Below, piece by piece: positions 31,376 through 41,085 of a DNA stretch of 64,000 nucleotides. Numbering within the stretch: the stretch's first letter is position 1; each line of letters opens with the position of its first letter. Below the pieces are notes generated by a model. It worked only from the letters and a program-made list of their open reading frames with translations. It searched no databases and was not told the origin of the DNA. The stretch comes from Nitrospirota bacterium (GTDB taxonomy: Bacteria > Nitrospirota > UBA9217). A program made the translations under genes and the position numbers. The stretch spans positions 213,797 through 277,796 of the forward strand of contig CAWFSF010000003.1 of assembly GCA_963818475.1 (NCBI GenBank), in the 5' to 3' direction.

Positions 31376-31738
31376 ATGGACAGCAAGCTTCTGGCAATCA
31401 AAAAAAAGCTCGTGAAACAGCGGACTGAACTGCTCACGGAAGCAGAGGAGACGCTGAACAGCAAGATCAGCACGGAAAAGGAGAGCTTCCCCGATCCGAC
31501 CGATCAGGCCGTTGCGGAGCTCGACAACAGTTTTCTTCTCCGGCTTCGCGGGAGGGAAAACAAGCTGCTCAAAAAGATCGACGAGGCCATTGCACGGATA
31601 GACGACGGAACCTACGGCGTGTGCGAATCCTGCGGCGAAAAGATCAGCACCAAGCGGCTCGAGGCGCGGCCGGTGACCACGCTCTGCATCGAGTGCAAGA
31701 CGAGGCAGGAAGCGGAAGAGAAGCAGCAGGCGGGATAG
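31376..31738 (+). CDS. dksA: RNA polymerase-binding protein DksA
   Basis: DPTDQA (DxxDxA) and zinc finger CESC...CIEC. Confidence 0.9.
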   Translation: MDSKLLAIKKKLVKQRTELLTEAEETLNSKISTEKESFPDPTDQAVAELDNSFLLRLRGRENKLLKKIDEAIARIDDGTYGVCESCGEKISTKRLEARPVTTLCIECKTRQEAEEKQQAG

Positions 31739-31768
31739 CTCTTTCGGGAAAAATAATATTCAAACAAC

Positions 31769-31798
31769 AAAGGCCAGCCGATATCGGCTGGCCTTTTT
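31769..31798. terminator. Bidirectional terminator
   Basis: aaaggccagccg-atat-cggctggcctttt between convergent genes. Confidence 0.85.
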
Positions 31799-31822
31799 AC
31801 TGTGCATCTAAGAAGCTCGACC

Positions 31823-34027
31823 TTATTCCTGGGACGGTTCAAACCAGCTGCTCGTAGTCGGAAAGAACATGTGGCAGCTAAATGTGCACGATATCGGATA
31901 GACATCAAGATTGCTGGGATCAACTCCGATCCTTCCGTATTGATCCCCGCCTGTGCCGGACAAATGACTGAACAGCATGGCATCATGAACCCAGCCCCAC
32001 TGTGTATTGGAACCATGGACGCTATGACAGCTGATACACGTTATCGCTGACAATGTCGTATCGCGATATCTCCACCCATAGAACGTGTCTCCGGCCTGCA
32101 CGTGGTACATATGCAAGTTTTCATGAGCCGAGCTGAAGAACGCCAAGTCATCATACGCCTTTCCCGTGGTCCCCAGGTTCACATCGCGAAAAAGTGTCTG
32201 TATGTCAGCAATCGTATACGCCGGCAATACACCCCACGTCGCCAAAAGATCCGTCGCAAAGATCCCGTCAGCTCTCATTCCCAAAATAGCTTCTTTCGAG
32301 ACTCTGCTATAGGAAGCGTGACAGTTAAAACAGAGATCGTAATCCGGTTCATCTGCAGAGTTGAAGAAAGTATATTTCGTAATTGGCAGTGTCAGGTTCT
32401 TCGCCAGCAAGCCGACATTCGCTGTTCCATGCCCGTTCCCATGGCATCCGGTGTTGATGGTGCCGTCCCCCACACAGGTAACTCCCTGTTGCTTGTGGCC
32501 GTAGGTCTTATTCCACTGGGTGCTGATCTCAGCGCTCGCCCGATAGGGCGTCTGGCCGATGACCGAACCGTCGTTAAAGGGAGCGGTCGGCGTGCCGCCG
32601 GTAATGTAGGTAGAGGTCGCACCCTGGGTATCGTGGCAGCTCAGACAAAATGACTCGCGCGTTGATGCGTTCGCCGAATCGTACGCGATCGCCGCACCCG
32701 TGTCCCCGCTCCTGAGCCTCACGGTCCCTCCCATGTGGACTGACATATCGTGGCATACGAGGCATTGGTCGGTCAAGGGATCGTTCCCCGGTCCCCGTGT
32801 TACGTGATGCGACTTAACGGCAGCGTTTGCACCAAAATCTCCGTTCGCACCCACCACCGGCCGCCTGCTCCCCATCGCGTTCACGTGGCAAATAGCACAG
32901 GCAGGCGTGGCCACGCCTGCTGTTCCATACCACTCCGGGCTCTCACCCGCGTGGCAATTGGTCGTCGCGCAGCTTCCGGTCTCCTGACCGGTGTCCGATG
33001 TCCAGGTCCCTGAAGAATTCGTGCCATCAAAGAACACCAGCGGGACCGCAGGGTCCTGCGTGTCGAGAACGCCGCTTGCGTGGGATGCGCGGGAAGGATA
33101 GTTCTGATGACACTTGCTGCAGGCAAAGCCTATGCTCCCGACGTGTCTGCCATGCTTGCCTGAAAGGCCGGCCCCGTTGGTGAGCAGCGGATCGAGGACC
33201 GTGGAATATGCCGCGGAATGGCAGGTCGTGCAGGCCGTTGGCGCCGTCCAGCCCGCAGTGCCGTACCAGGAGAGAGTGTCCACACCGTGGCAGGAGATCG
33301 CAGCGCATTGTCCGGTCCCGCTGCCCGTGTCATTGGTCCAGGAGCCTGTTGTTGCCACAATATTAAATATGACCACGTTCTTGGTCGGGTCGGGCGTATC
33401 CAGCTGCCCATTCGCATGGGTCGTCCTGCCCGGGTACTGGTAGTGGCACCTTTCGCAATCGATAGAGCGGGAGTTCACATGTTTTATGTGCTGTCCCGCC
33501 GGCGGTGCTCCGTTCGTTGCAATCGGATCGAGCACCGGGGAAAATGATGAGCTGTGACAGGTCGTGCAGGCAGGGGTCGTCCAGGCGGTCGTTCCATACC
33601 AGTCGAGCGTATTGTTTGCGTGGCACGCGACGCCGACGCAGCCGCCCGTACCCGCCCCGGTGTCATTGACCCATGCGCCCGAGGGTCCGGTAATACTCAT
33701 CGAGACAAGGCTCACGGTCGGATCAGCCGTGTCAAAGGTCCCGTTCATGTGTGTGGCGGCATTCAAATAGCCGTTATGACACCGCTCACAAGAGATCTGT
33801 CTCTCGCTGAAGTGCTTCACGTGCTTGCCCCGCGAGCCGGAGCCATTTGACACCAGGGGATCAAGGGCAGTGGAGTTCGCGCTGGAATGGCAGCGAACGC
33901 AGTCTGAGATGGGCTCCCGGGGCGTCTGCGGTCGCCGAGCGAACAGCGAGTCGGGGCCTGAGCCGGAATTGCATCCCGTCGCGATCAGCAGCGCGATGAC
34001 CGAAATCCATGTGCGAAAAACGTTCAT
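31823..34027 (-). CDS. Large multiheme cytochrome c lipoprotein (CxxCH/CxxxxCH type)
   Basis: Lipobox ATGC; 11 CxxCH, 3 CxxxxCH, 1 CxxxCH and 1 possible Cx9CH; three internal ~110-aa repeats. Confidence 0.9.
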   Translation of the reverse strand: MNVFRTWISVIALLIATGCNSGSGPDSLFARRPQTPREPISDCVRCHSSANSTALDPLVSNGSGSRGKHVKHFSERQISCERCHNGYLNAATHMNGTFDTADPTVSLVSMSITGPSGAWVNDTGAGTGGCVGVACHANNTLDWYGTTAWTTPACTTCHSSSFSPVLDPIATNGAPPAGQHIKHVNSRSIDCERCHYQYPGRTTHANGQLDTPDPTKNVVIFNIVATTGSWTNDTGSGTGQCAAISCHGVDTLSWYGTAGWTAPTACTTCHSAAYSTVLDPLLTNGAGLSGKHGRHVGSIGFACSKCHQNYPSRASHASGVLDTQDPAVPLVFFDGTNSSGTWTSDTGQETGSCATTNCHAGESPEWYGTAGVATPACAICHVNAMGSRRPVVGANGDFGANAAVKSHHVTRGPGNDPLTDQCLVCHDMSVHMGGTVRLRSGDTGAAIAYDSANASTRESFCLSCHDTQGATSTYITGGTPTAPFNDGSVIGQTPYRASAEISTQWNKTYGHKQQGVTCVGDGTINTGCHGNGHGTANVGLLAKNLTLPITKYTFFNSADEPDYDLCFNCHASYSRVSKEAILGMRADGIFATDLLATWGVLPAYTIADIQTLFRDVNLGTTGKAYDDLAFFSSAHENLHMYHVQAGDTFYGWRYRDTTLSAITCISCHSVHGSNTQWGWVHDAMLFSHLSGTGGDQYGRIGVDPSNLDVYPISCTFSCHMFFPTTSSWFEPSQE

Positions 34028-34049
34028 CAGATCCCCGTCTCCTTGTATC

Positions 34050-34616
34050 CTATTGGTGGCATTGCGTGCAGTCCACACCGGCATTCACCGGATGCGGCGG
34101 CGGCACATGCGAGACACGCTGCCGGTGACAGACCGTGCAATTATTGCCCTCAAGCGACAGACCCGCGCCAAAATGGCACCACGTGCAGTGGCGGGTCCGC
34201 CAGCTCGCGGTATGACTTCGCGGAGCCGTCTCGCTGTGGCAGCGAACGCAGTAATCCTGCCGGTGGCATGCGAGGCACCGCTCCCGGTTGGCGTCCGCCA
34301 TGAGGCCGTGGCTCCGCGTGCGCCAGAAGGTCGTGTGATCCCGCGGCATCGTCGTGGTGTGGCAGGCGATGCAAACGGTTCGATCGTGGCAGATGAGACA
34401 CGCATTGCCGGGCTGACCCGGGCTGTTCCCCTCGGCCCCTGTCGTTTTTCCGTGATACTCGAGCCAATTCCCTTGATGGGAGTCCGGCCTCGGGAAGGGG
34501 ATCCGGGTATCCTGCTCGCCGTTCTGCGCCGCCTGGACCGTGATGCCGGTCCCGAACGCGACAAGGGCCAGAAGGAGAATCATGGATTTTTTTCCTGTCG
34601 TTCGATCAGAAATCAT
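34050..34616 (-). CDS. Small periplasmic multiheme cytochrome c (7 CxxCH)
   Basis: Signal peptide; CLICH, CIACH, CLACH, CVRCH, CTWCH, CTVCH and CTQCH. Confidence 0.9.
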   Translation of the reverse strand: MISDRTTGKKSMILLLALVAFGTGITVQAAQNGEQDTRIPFPRPDSHQGNWLEYHGKTTGAEGNSPGQPGNACLICHDRTVCIACHTTTMPRDHTTFWRTRSHGLMADANRERCLACHRQDYCVRCHSETAPRSHTASWRTRHCTWCHFGAGLSLEGNNCTVCHRQRVSHVPPPHPVNAGVDCTQCHQ

Positions 34617-36015
34617 AGCGCATCCCCAGCCTCAGAGTCTGATAATTCTCGATGCCGTGCTCGTACTCGTACGCTCCGTTCATGGAGAAGCCGTCGCTCA
34701 GCGGATATTTCGCGTTCAGATAATAGGTGCGCACCTGCTCCCGCACGCCCAGCTCGATGTAGTCGTCGTATTTATAAAGGCTATAGTTCGTGCCGATGCT
34801 GACCTTCGCTTCCCTGCTGTTCCGCTTGAAGCGGTAGGACAGGTCGACGCCCGCGGCGTACAGGTCATTGCCCGCGCTCTCCCACTCCTCGGCGAGGAGC
34901 GTCCACGAAAGGCCCTCAACGAAGAGGTCGCTCGCCTCCACATCAACGAACATCCGTTCGAACGCCTTGTTGAAGGGGCCCGTATCAGCAGTGTCCAGAA
35001 GCCCGCGCTTGTAGTACCCCAGGTCCACGGCGATCCACTCGTCGAAGAATTTTCTGATCTTGACGTCGTAGCTCTCATAGGGGGCGGATCGGCCGATGAC
35101 GTCATAGAAGAGGGAAAGTTGGTTCGAAAGTTCGTTCTGGCTCCGGAACTGGCGGAAGTAGTTCACGCTGAACTCGGCCTCCGCCGTCTGCCATGCCGCC
35201 GCGGACTTGAGCGAAAGGTCCCGGGGCTCGCCGTCCCTGAAGCGGTACTTCGCCGTGATCCGGGTGAAGGGCTCGAACCGCTGCGAGATTTTGATGGACG
35301 TCAGCCGATCGTACTGGGTCGTGTCCTCCGGGAAGAGCGACATCGCGTCCTTCACCAGAAGGTAGTCGACGCTCACGCCCGTGGCGGAGAAGGGGCGGTA
35401 ATCGATGCCCGCGCCCTTGAGGGTATCCTCTCCCCAGTGCGCGTTGACCTCGAAGAGGTTGATCGCCGCGCCGCCGAAGAGCGTAAGGTTCCACTTCTCC
35501 GCCCCCGTGTCCACGGCAACGCCGTCGAAGATCACCGGCTCGTCGCGGGTGCCTGCCTGACGGCCGACGCGCGCTCTCGAATCGGGTACCGCCGCGCCAC
35601 CGTTCAGCACAAGGTAGGCCTCGTAGACCTTACCGGTCGAACGGGTACCGAAAGTGTCCCAGACGTTTTCGAGTGGATAGAACGTGCTCGCGTTCTGGTT
35701 CCCGTCAATGTCGGAACGAGCGGAGCCGAGGAAATGAAATTCGTAGTCATTGTCCTGCGGCCGCGTGATGTCGAGCCGGAGGTCGGCGAAAATATCCTGG
35801 TCGGAGATCCGCGCATCGGGAAGCTCGGCTGTCCGGTAATGGTATCGTGTGGAGACATACCCGCTGACGTTCGTTGAAAGATCGGGGGAAGGAAGGCCGG
35901 AAACGGGGGACGGATCTGCATCAGCCGCAAGAATGGCGGCGGGAAAGAAAACAACGATGCAGAGGAAACAGAATATCGGCAACCAATCTCGTTGAAGCGC
36001 GCTGCGGCAGGCCAT
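34606..36015 (-). CDS. Outer-membrane beta-barrel (putative porin of a porin-cytochrome conduit)
   Basis: Signal peptide, alternating Tyr/Asp-rich beta strands and C-terminal beta-signal LRLGMRYDF; overlaps the cytochrome start. Confidence 0.8.
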   Translation of the reverse strand: MACRSALQRDWLPIFCFLCIVVFFPAAILAADADPSPVSGLPSPDLSTNVSGYVSTRYHYRTAELPDARISDQDIFADLRLDITRPQDNDYEFHFLGSARSDIDGNQNASTFYPLENVWDTFGTRSTGKVYEAYLVLNGGAAVPDSRARVGRQAGTRDEPVIFDGVAVDTGAEKWNLTLFGGAAINLFEVNAHWGEDTLKGAGIDYRPFSATGVSVDYLLVKDAMSLFPEDTTQYDRLTSIKISQRFEPFTRITAKYRFRDGEPRDLSLKSAAAWQTAEAEFSVNYFRQFRSQNELSNQLSLFYDVIGRSAPYESYDVKIRKFFDEWIAVDLGYYKRGLLDTADTGPFNKAFERMFVDVEASDLFVEGLSWTLLAEEWESAGNDLYAAGVDLSYRFKRNSREAKVSIGTNYSLYKYDDYIELGVREQVRTYYLNAKYPLSDGFSMNGAYEYEHGIENYQTLRLGMRYDF

Positions 36016-36049
36016 GAAAGGCTCTCTCCCTCCATCCGGACTTCGGTAG

Positions 36050-36078
36050 ATAATAGTGATACCCTGGACAAATGTCAA
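36050..36078 (-). promoter_or_regulatory. Putative sigma70 promoter of the porin-cytochrome operon
   Basis: TTGACA-17 bp-TATTAT. Confidence 0.6.
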
Positions 36079-36197
36079 CTATTTTCCCCGCAGACTTTTT
36101 CTTATTCTCATCGTAACCCGGCCTCAAGTCTTCGACTTTAAGGGAGTTGTCGAGGTCAGGGGAGAAAGATAAGGCGAGAGCGGTTTTTTCAGAAAAC

Positions 36198-36503
36198 TCA
36201 GCGCCGGATCAGCACCAGCACCCCCGCGGCGATCGACAGTACGGCAAGCACAACACCACTGCCGGAAAATCCGACATGCAGAAGCGGCATCAGTCCGGTG
36301 GCCAGCAGCCAGATCCCCAGGAGAATATTTCCCAGCCTCGGCAAGAGCTTTTCGGACCGATCAACCAGCAGGAACAGGATGCCTGCCACAACCGCAAGAA
36401 CAGCGAGAATGGCGCCGCTTCCGGAGAACCGGATGCCGCCCAGGGTGATCATGCCGTTCACGATCAGCCAGATACCCAGCAGGATGTTCGCCAATGCCTT
36501 CAT
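36198..36503 (-). CDS. Small four-TM membrane protein with internal duplication
   Basis: L.NILLGIWL...G..FSGSG..LAVL...AG occurs twice. Confidence 0.8.
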   Translation of the reverse strand: MKALANILLGIWLIVNGMITLGGIRFSGSGAILAVLAVVAGILFLLVDRSEKLLPRLGNILLGIWLLATGLMPLLHVGFSGSGVVLAVLSIAAGVLVLIRR

Positions 36504-36586
36504 GTCATTCTCCTTTTTTGTTCATCGAAAAGCGACGGTCTCTGTGCTCATGAACTGGAAGCCCACGGGCCAGAAAGTCCCTGCAC

Positions 36587-36619
36587 AAAAAAGGCCGCTG
36601 AGCTAAACTCAGCGACCTT
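36587..36619 (-). terminator. Rho-independent terminator
   Basis: Minus strand reads aaggtcgctgag-tttag-ctcagcggcctttttt. Confidence 0.65.
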
Positions 36620-36644
36620 CGGATTCTAACGTCCGGCCCCGATA

Positions 36645-36956
36645 TCAGCGAATACCCGAGGAGAAGATGATGCTCTCGAACGAACGCTTCAATGTCTTGC
36701 TCGTGAAATTTTTCATCTCCATGCCGGGCTTACAGGTTATCTCTTGACCGACCTTGACCGACGTCTCCGGTATGGCAACCCAGGTCTTCTTCCCGTTCTT
36801 CTCAAGAGAAACATAGGTATAGCCCCCGGAATTCATCGCTTCCACTACTTTCCCCGAAAGGGAATCGTCAGCCCGGACCGTATTTGCAGCAAAGCAGCTG
36901 GCGATGATAAAAAACAGAACACCTGCTGCGAATACCAATGTAGACCGTTTCATCAT
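36645..36956 (-). CDS. Exported NrfJ-like small beta protein
   Basis: Signal peptide; GKVVEAMNSGGYTYV..W.A.P..M.NF.SKTL.R.F..I.F pattern. Confidence 0.65.
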   Translation of the reverse strand: MMKRSTLVFAAGVLFFIIASCFAANTVRADDSLSGKVVEAMNSGGYTYVSLEKNGKKTWVAIPETSVKVGQEITCKPGMEMKNFTSKTLKRSFESIIFSSGIR

Positions 36957-37005
36957 CAATCTCCTTTTTTGTAAGTACCGAGGCGCAATCAGCGGCTGAG
37001 GCGGG

Positions 37006-37188
37006 TCAGCACCCCTGCGGGGCCTTCTTTTCCGGCGCCTTTTCGGTCGCAGGCGCCTGCTCCGTCTTCTGCTGTTCTGTCTGTTGCTGCTCAGCCGGCT
37101 TCTGCTCGGCCTTCTTCGTCTCGCACCCGACGACAAGAACTCCCAGGAACGCCATTCCCACCACGATCGCACCAAATAGCTTTTTCAT
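37006..37188 (-). CDS. Small low-complexity lipoprotein
   Basis: RBS aaggagg, lipobox VVGC and a Q/E/K/A-rich tail. Confidence 0.65.
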   Translation of the reverse strand: MKKLFGAIVVGMAFLGVLVVGCETKKAEQKPAEQQQTEQQKTEQAPATEKAPEKKAPQGC

Positions 37189-37422
37189 GATATCCTCCTT
37201 ACAGGTAGTAGACCGCACCGCCGTTCATCTGCGAAGGTGCCGCGTCACAGCGAAGTTAGCAAAGAAATGGGAAAATGTCAAAACAAAAGACCCGGGCCGG
37301 AGAGGCTCGTAAGAAACGAGAGGTGTCATGAGGGAAGATTATCAGGAGTTTGCGCACGGTCCGGCAGCAGAGACCCTCAGATGTTCAGGTAAGGTTCTCC
37401 GGGCGAACCGTGGCGCTGCGCG

Positions 37423-38676
37423 TCAGCGTTTGTTCCAGAAAGGACCGCCGGGAAAGCCGGACGTCTTGGCCCCTGTTGGCAACGACGGCTCTGTTCCGTA
37501 GCTGCTCAAGTGCGGGGTTATCTGCGGATCCTTGACCTCACCGCTCAATTCCCGCAGCAGCAAGTTGAAAAAAACATCCGTGATCCTGTCATCAAACTGT
37601 GTTCCGCAGCATTTCATTACTTCATGAAAGGCCTCATCGAGCCCCAATTTGTCCCGATAGGGCCGGTCCGTAGTCATCGCATCAAAGGCATCGACAAGTG
37701 CAAGGATCTTTTCACCATCGCTCAGTTCGGACGACTGGAGCGCATCAGGATAGCCCTTCCCGTCAAGCCGCTCATGATGATGCAGCACAAATCGTTCGAT
37801 ATTCTTCCAGGGGAAGTTTATCTTTGAAAGGATATCGTATGATATCTGCGGGTGTTTATTTATTTCTATTTTTTCAAGGCTCGTAAGCCCTTCTCCCTTC
37901 TTTATGAGGCTGGTGTCAATGATGATCTTCCCGATATCGTGGAGCAAACCGGCGACGTAGAGGCCTTCCACCTCCTTCTTCTTCCATCCGAGCTCCCGGG
38001 CGATGGCAACGGCATAACATGCCACACGGTAGGAATGGTCCTTCGTATAACCGTCCTTGGCGTCTATGGCGGCTGAAAATGCCTGGACGGTGTCATGATA
38101 AATACGGCGCATGCTTTCATAGAGTTTTTTGTTCTCCGCGGCCTTTTTGGTGAGTTCCCCGAAGAGTGCCGCGTTATACAGCGTTATCGCCATTTGATGC
38201 GCTACGACCTTGAGGACATCCTTTTCGTTCTGACGGAAGGATGCCCGGCCGAGCTTCTCGCCAAGCGCAATAGCTCCGACAAACTCATCCCTGGCAAAAA
38301 GGGGGATGAAGAGTCTTGCCTGCAGCTTCGCGAACACCTGGTCATTCTGTTCGTAAAAAGAGCTCCCGGCCATCTCTTTAAGGGAATGCGGCTCGTTCCC
38401 GTGGAACTGCTTGATATGCCGCGGCAGAACGGATAATTGTATCTCCTGGCGGGCGCTCCCCTTATATCCCTTATCCGCGAGGCGTTCCAGGCTCCTGTTC
38501 TGGGGATGGTAAATGAACAGGGCGGCCTTCGGCACGGAAAACGTCCCGCTGATGATATAGAGTGCTGATTTCATTTTTGCCGGCAGGTCCTTGGAGGACG
38601 TTGCCTCCTGCCCCAGATCGACCAGCGAAGCAATGCTGAACATCAGGCGTTTGAGATGAAAGGTATTGTTCGGCAT
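37423..38676 (-). CDS. GAF + HD-GYP cyclic-dinucleotide phosphodiesterase
   Basis: GAF region; AKDGYTKDHSYRV, LHDIGK, HHERLDGKGYP and DAFDAMTTDRPYR. Confidence 0.9.
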   Translation of the reverse strand: MPNNTFHLKRLMFSIASLVDLGQEATSSKDLPAKMKSALYIISGTFSVPKAALFIYHPQNRSLERLADKGYKGSARQEIQLSVLPRHIKQFHGNEPHSLKEMAGSSFYEQNDQVFAKLQARLFIPLFARDEFVGAIALGEKLGRASFRQNEKDVLKVVAHQMAITLYNAALFGELTKKAAENKKLYESMRRIYHDTVQAFSAAIDAKDGYTKDHSYRVACYAVAIARELGWKKKEVEGLYVAGLLHDIGKIIIDTSLIKKGEGLTSLEKIEINKHPQISYDILSKINFPWKNIERFVLHHHERLDGKGYPDALQSSELSDGEKILALVDAFDAMTTDRPYRDKLGLDEAFHEVMKCCGTQFDDRITDVFFNLLLRELSGEVKDPQITPHLSSYGTEPSLPTGAKTSGFPGGPFWNKR

Positions 38677-38677
38677 G

Positions 38678-39031
38678 CTAATTGCTCCCGCTCAAGTAAT
38701 GGAAGGCATCCTTTTCATCCTTGAACACCTTTACATGTTTTATCAACCCCGCCATCTCGAACATCTCTCGATGGTCCTTCTTCATATTCGTGAAACAGAG
38801 CTGGCTGTTGGATTCCAGCATGTTCTGCACGATGCCTAAAAAGATGGAAAGCCCGATGGTGTTGATAAATTGAACATCGGAAAAATTGACGATGAGTTTT
38901 TTCGATCCCTGGTCAATGAACTCTTCACTGGTCACTTCGAGCCGTTCCGCCCCGATGTTATTGATGTACCCTTTTGGCATCATGACGGCTATGTCGTGTT
39001 CTGATCTGGATGTTATCGAAAAATTACTCAC
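38678..39031 (-). CDS. STAS-domain anti-sigma-factor antagonist
   Basis: GYIN..GAE.L, LIVNFSDVQFINTIGL and MFEMAGL. Confidence 0.85.
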   Translation of the reverse strand: MSNFSITSRSEHDIAVMMPKGYINNIGAERLEVTSEEFIDQGSKKLIVNFSDVQFINTIGLSIFLGIVQNMLESNSQLCFTNMKKDHREMFEMAGLIKHVKVFKDEKDAFHYLSGSN

Positions 39032-40694
39032 GGTTTGCCCTCTCCTCCCTTTGCATGCCTGCGGATTTTTCGATCTTTTTGACGAGGATTATTTTTGTAC
39101 CGTAGGCGGTCTTTTCAAACGTAACGTGGTCCACAAAGCGTTTGATCAATTTTATGCCCCATCCCCTTCCTGTTTTTTTCTCAGCCTCCTCGCCGCGATA
39201 GGGTTCTCCCGTTTCCTGGATGATGAACTCCTGTCCAGCGCTTTCGACCGAAACCTCCACCTGGCCCTCATCAACGGATACACTGACATAGACCTTATCA
39301 TCCATTCCCCTGCCGTGTTCGCCGGCGTTGATACAGGCCTCGATAACAGCTATTTGCAATTGACCGATGGCATCCTGATCGAGGTTCAGGTTTTTTCCGA
39401 TCTGCTCCAGGCTCCGGGCAACTATGAGCTCCGCCTCTCCGGCCATCGACAGCGTCAGGTCAAAACGGACAACCTGCCCCTTTTGCGGAATGAGCGCTTC
39501 AAGAAAGTGCGTCTCCACCTCATGAGGGGACTTCGCCAGGACTTCCCTCATGGAGAGGGCGTCAACGATGTCCCGCAAGACCCGGTCGTCCATTGCCCTG
39601 AAGCTGCCGAACTCTCCGCGAATGAAACCGGCAAGATACAGCGCATGAAGGATCTCCTGCGCCTGGACCGCGGTCAGCGAAAAGACCTTCGCGACCCGCT
39701 GACAGGACAGGGCCTCGGTGGCATGGAAGATCTTGGAGACTATTGCCAGGGCTGTTCTTCTCTGCCCCAGGTCGGGGAAATGGCCCTTCAGCACCATCAG
39801 CCACGATAGCGCGAGCGTTCCTTCCATGATCTCCTGGATATAGGCGTTCCAGAAATCCCTGTCATCAGGATTGTTCTTCACGCGCGCCCGGGTGACGATG
39901 CGCCCGATGTAATACGGGTTTCCGCCAAGATGACGCAACAGGAGCGGAGGCACGTTCCCTTCCGCCTCTTGTGCGCCCAGGAGGGCATTGACCATCGACG
40001 AGGCCGCCTCGGGCCCCAGGGGAGGAACCGGCATGCGCTCAAGACCGCCCACCACCGCCATCTCCTGGAGCTCGGCCATGTTCCCCGTGACCACATGAGG
40101 CGTTCTGCTGTGCGACATCGGCTCCTGGAAAAGTGAGGCCATCCGGTGATCAGGGACGCCGTCAAGACGAAGGTCCTTCACCCAATGAAAATCATCGATC
40201 AGAACGGCAACCGGCATCCCGGTGGAAAGCGTCGAATGATGCGGGGCCAGCAGCGCGAGACGAAGCGCCTCTACAGGTTCACCGGCGCATTGCACATACC
40301 GGTCAAGGACCTCCTGTGCCCAGAAGGCCCCCTGTTCCTCGGCAAGCGTGGACAGGCCGTCGATCGTGATCCCGTCACGATAGAGCAGGGATTGGTCTTT
40401 TCTTTCAAACGCAAGCCTCTGGCAAATGAACCTGCTCAGATAGGATTTTGAAAAGGCTGGTATGGACAACAGCGCGGGGTTGACCGTATACAGGAAGGGA
40501 ACTATCCGGTCCTGGTTCAGGAACAGCCGGCTGAAAAGATGTTTGAGCAGCTCGGTCTTTCCGATGCCCCGGCGGCCGCAGAGAAGGCTGCTGTGCGCCT
40601 GTCCTTCGTCCGCCTGGAGGACCTTCTTATAGAGGCCTGGCAGCTCTATCTGCCTTCCGAAAAAATCCTTTATCGGGAGTGAACTGAACGGCAT
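39024..40694 (-). CDS. P-loop ATPase-winged helix-RsbW-like HATPase fusion
   Basis: FFGRQIE, Walker A GRRGIGKT, Walker B VLIDDFH and GGNPYY; C-terminal IEACINAGEHG and GRGWGIKLI...GT. Confidence 0.8.
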   Translation of the reverse strand: MPFSSLPIKDFFGRQIELPGLYKKVLQADEGQAHSSLLCGRRGIGKTELLKHLFSRLFLNQDRIVPFLYTVNPALLSIPAFSKSYLSRFICQRLAFERKDQSLLYRDGITIDGLSTLAEEQGAFWAQEVLDRYVQCAGEPVEALRLALLAPHHSTLSTGMPVAVLIDDFHWVKDLRLDGVPDHRMASLFQEPMSHSRTPHVVTGNMAELQEMAVVGGLERMPVPPLGPEAASSMVNALLGAQEAEGNVPPLLLRHLGGNPYYIGRIVTRARVKNNPDDRDFWNAYIQEIMEGTLALSWLMVLKGHFPDLGQRRTALAIVSKIFHATEALSCQRVAKVFSLTAVQAQEILHALYLAGFIRGEFGSFRAMDDRVLRDIVDALSMREVLAKSPHEVETHFLEALIPQKGQVVRFDLTLSMAGEAELIVARSLEQIGKNLNLDQDAIGQLQIAVIEACINAGEHGRGMDDKVYVSVSVDEGQVEVSVESAGQEFIIQETGEPYRGEEAEKKTGRGWGIKLIKRFVDHVTFEKTAYGTKIILVKKIEKSAGMQREERANRE

Positions 40695-41085
40695 TTTATG
40701 AGAATACCTCGATCTTGTTCTTTCCCTGGTTCTTGGAGCAATGTCCACGGACGCACCGAGTACTGCAATGCTTCCGACGCGTTCTTCGTGGCATGGAACA
40801 ATTCTATCCTGCCGACTACCGGTTGTCAAACCTTAGGACTAAATGAATCGACGCTAGAGAGGGCAGAGCATGAGATGAAACTTTCCGTTTAAAGCTGAGA
40901 AGGAGTTGTTTTTGCAGTCTTTTCTGATGGAATTTCATTCTTGCGGAGGGGCTTTCCATGAACTATGTAGATGATATCAGACGTGAGCAGTTTCTTTCAA
41001 CTGAGGAAAGATTAGCGGTTCAACGGAGCAGGTGATCGTCGGACTGGATGTACCCTTAAATGGGCGGCCCTGTGGTGTTTCGAAG

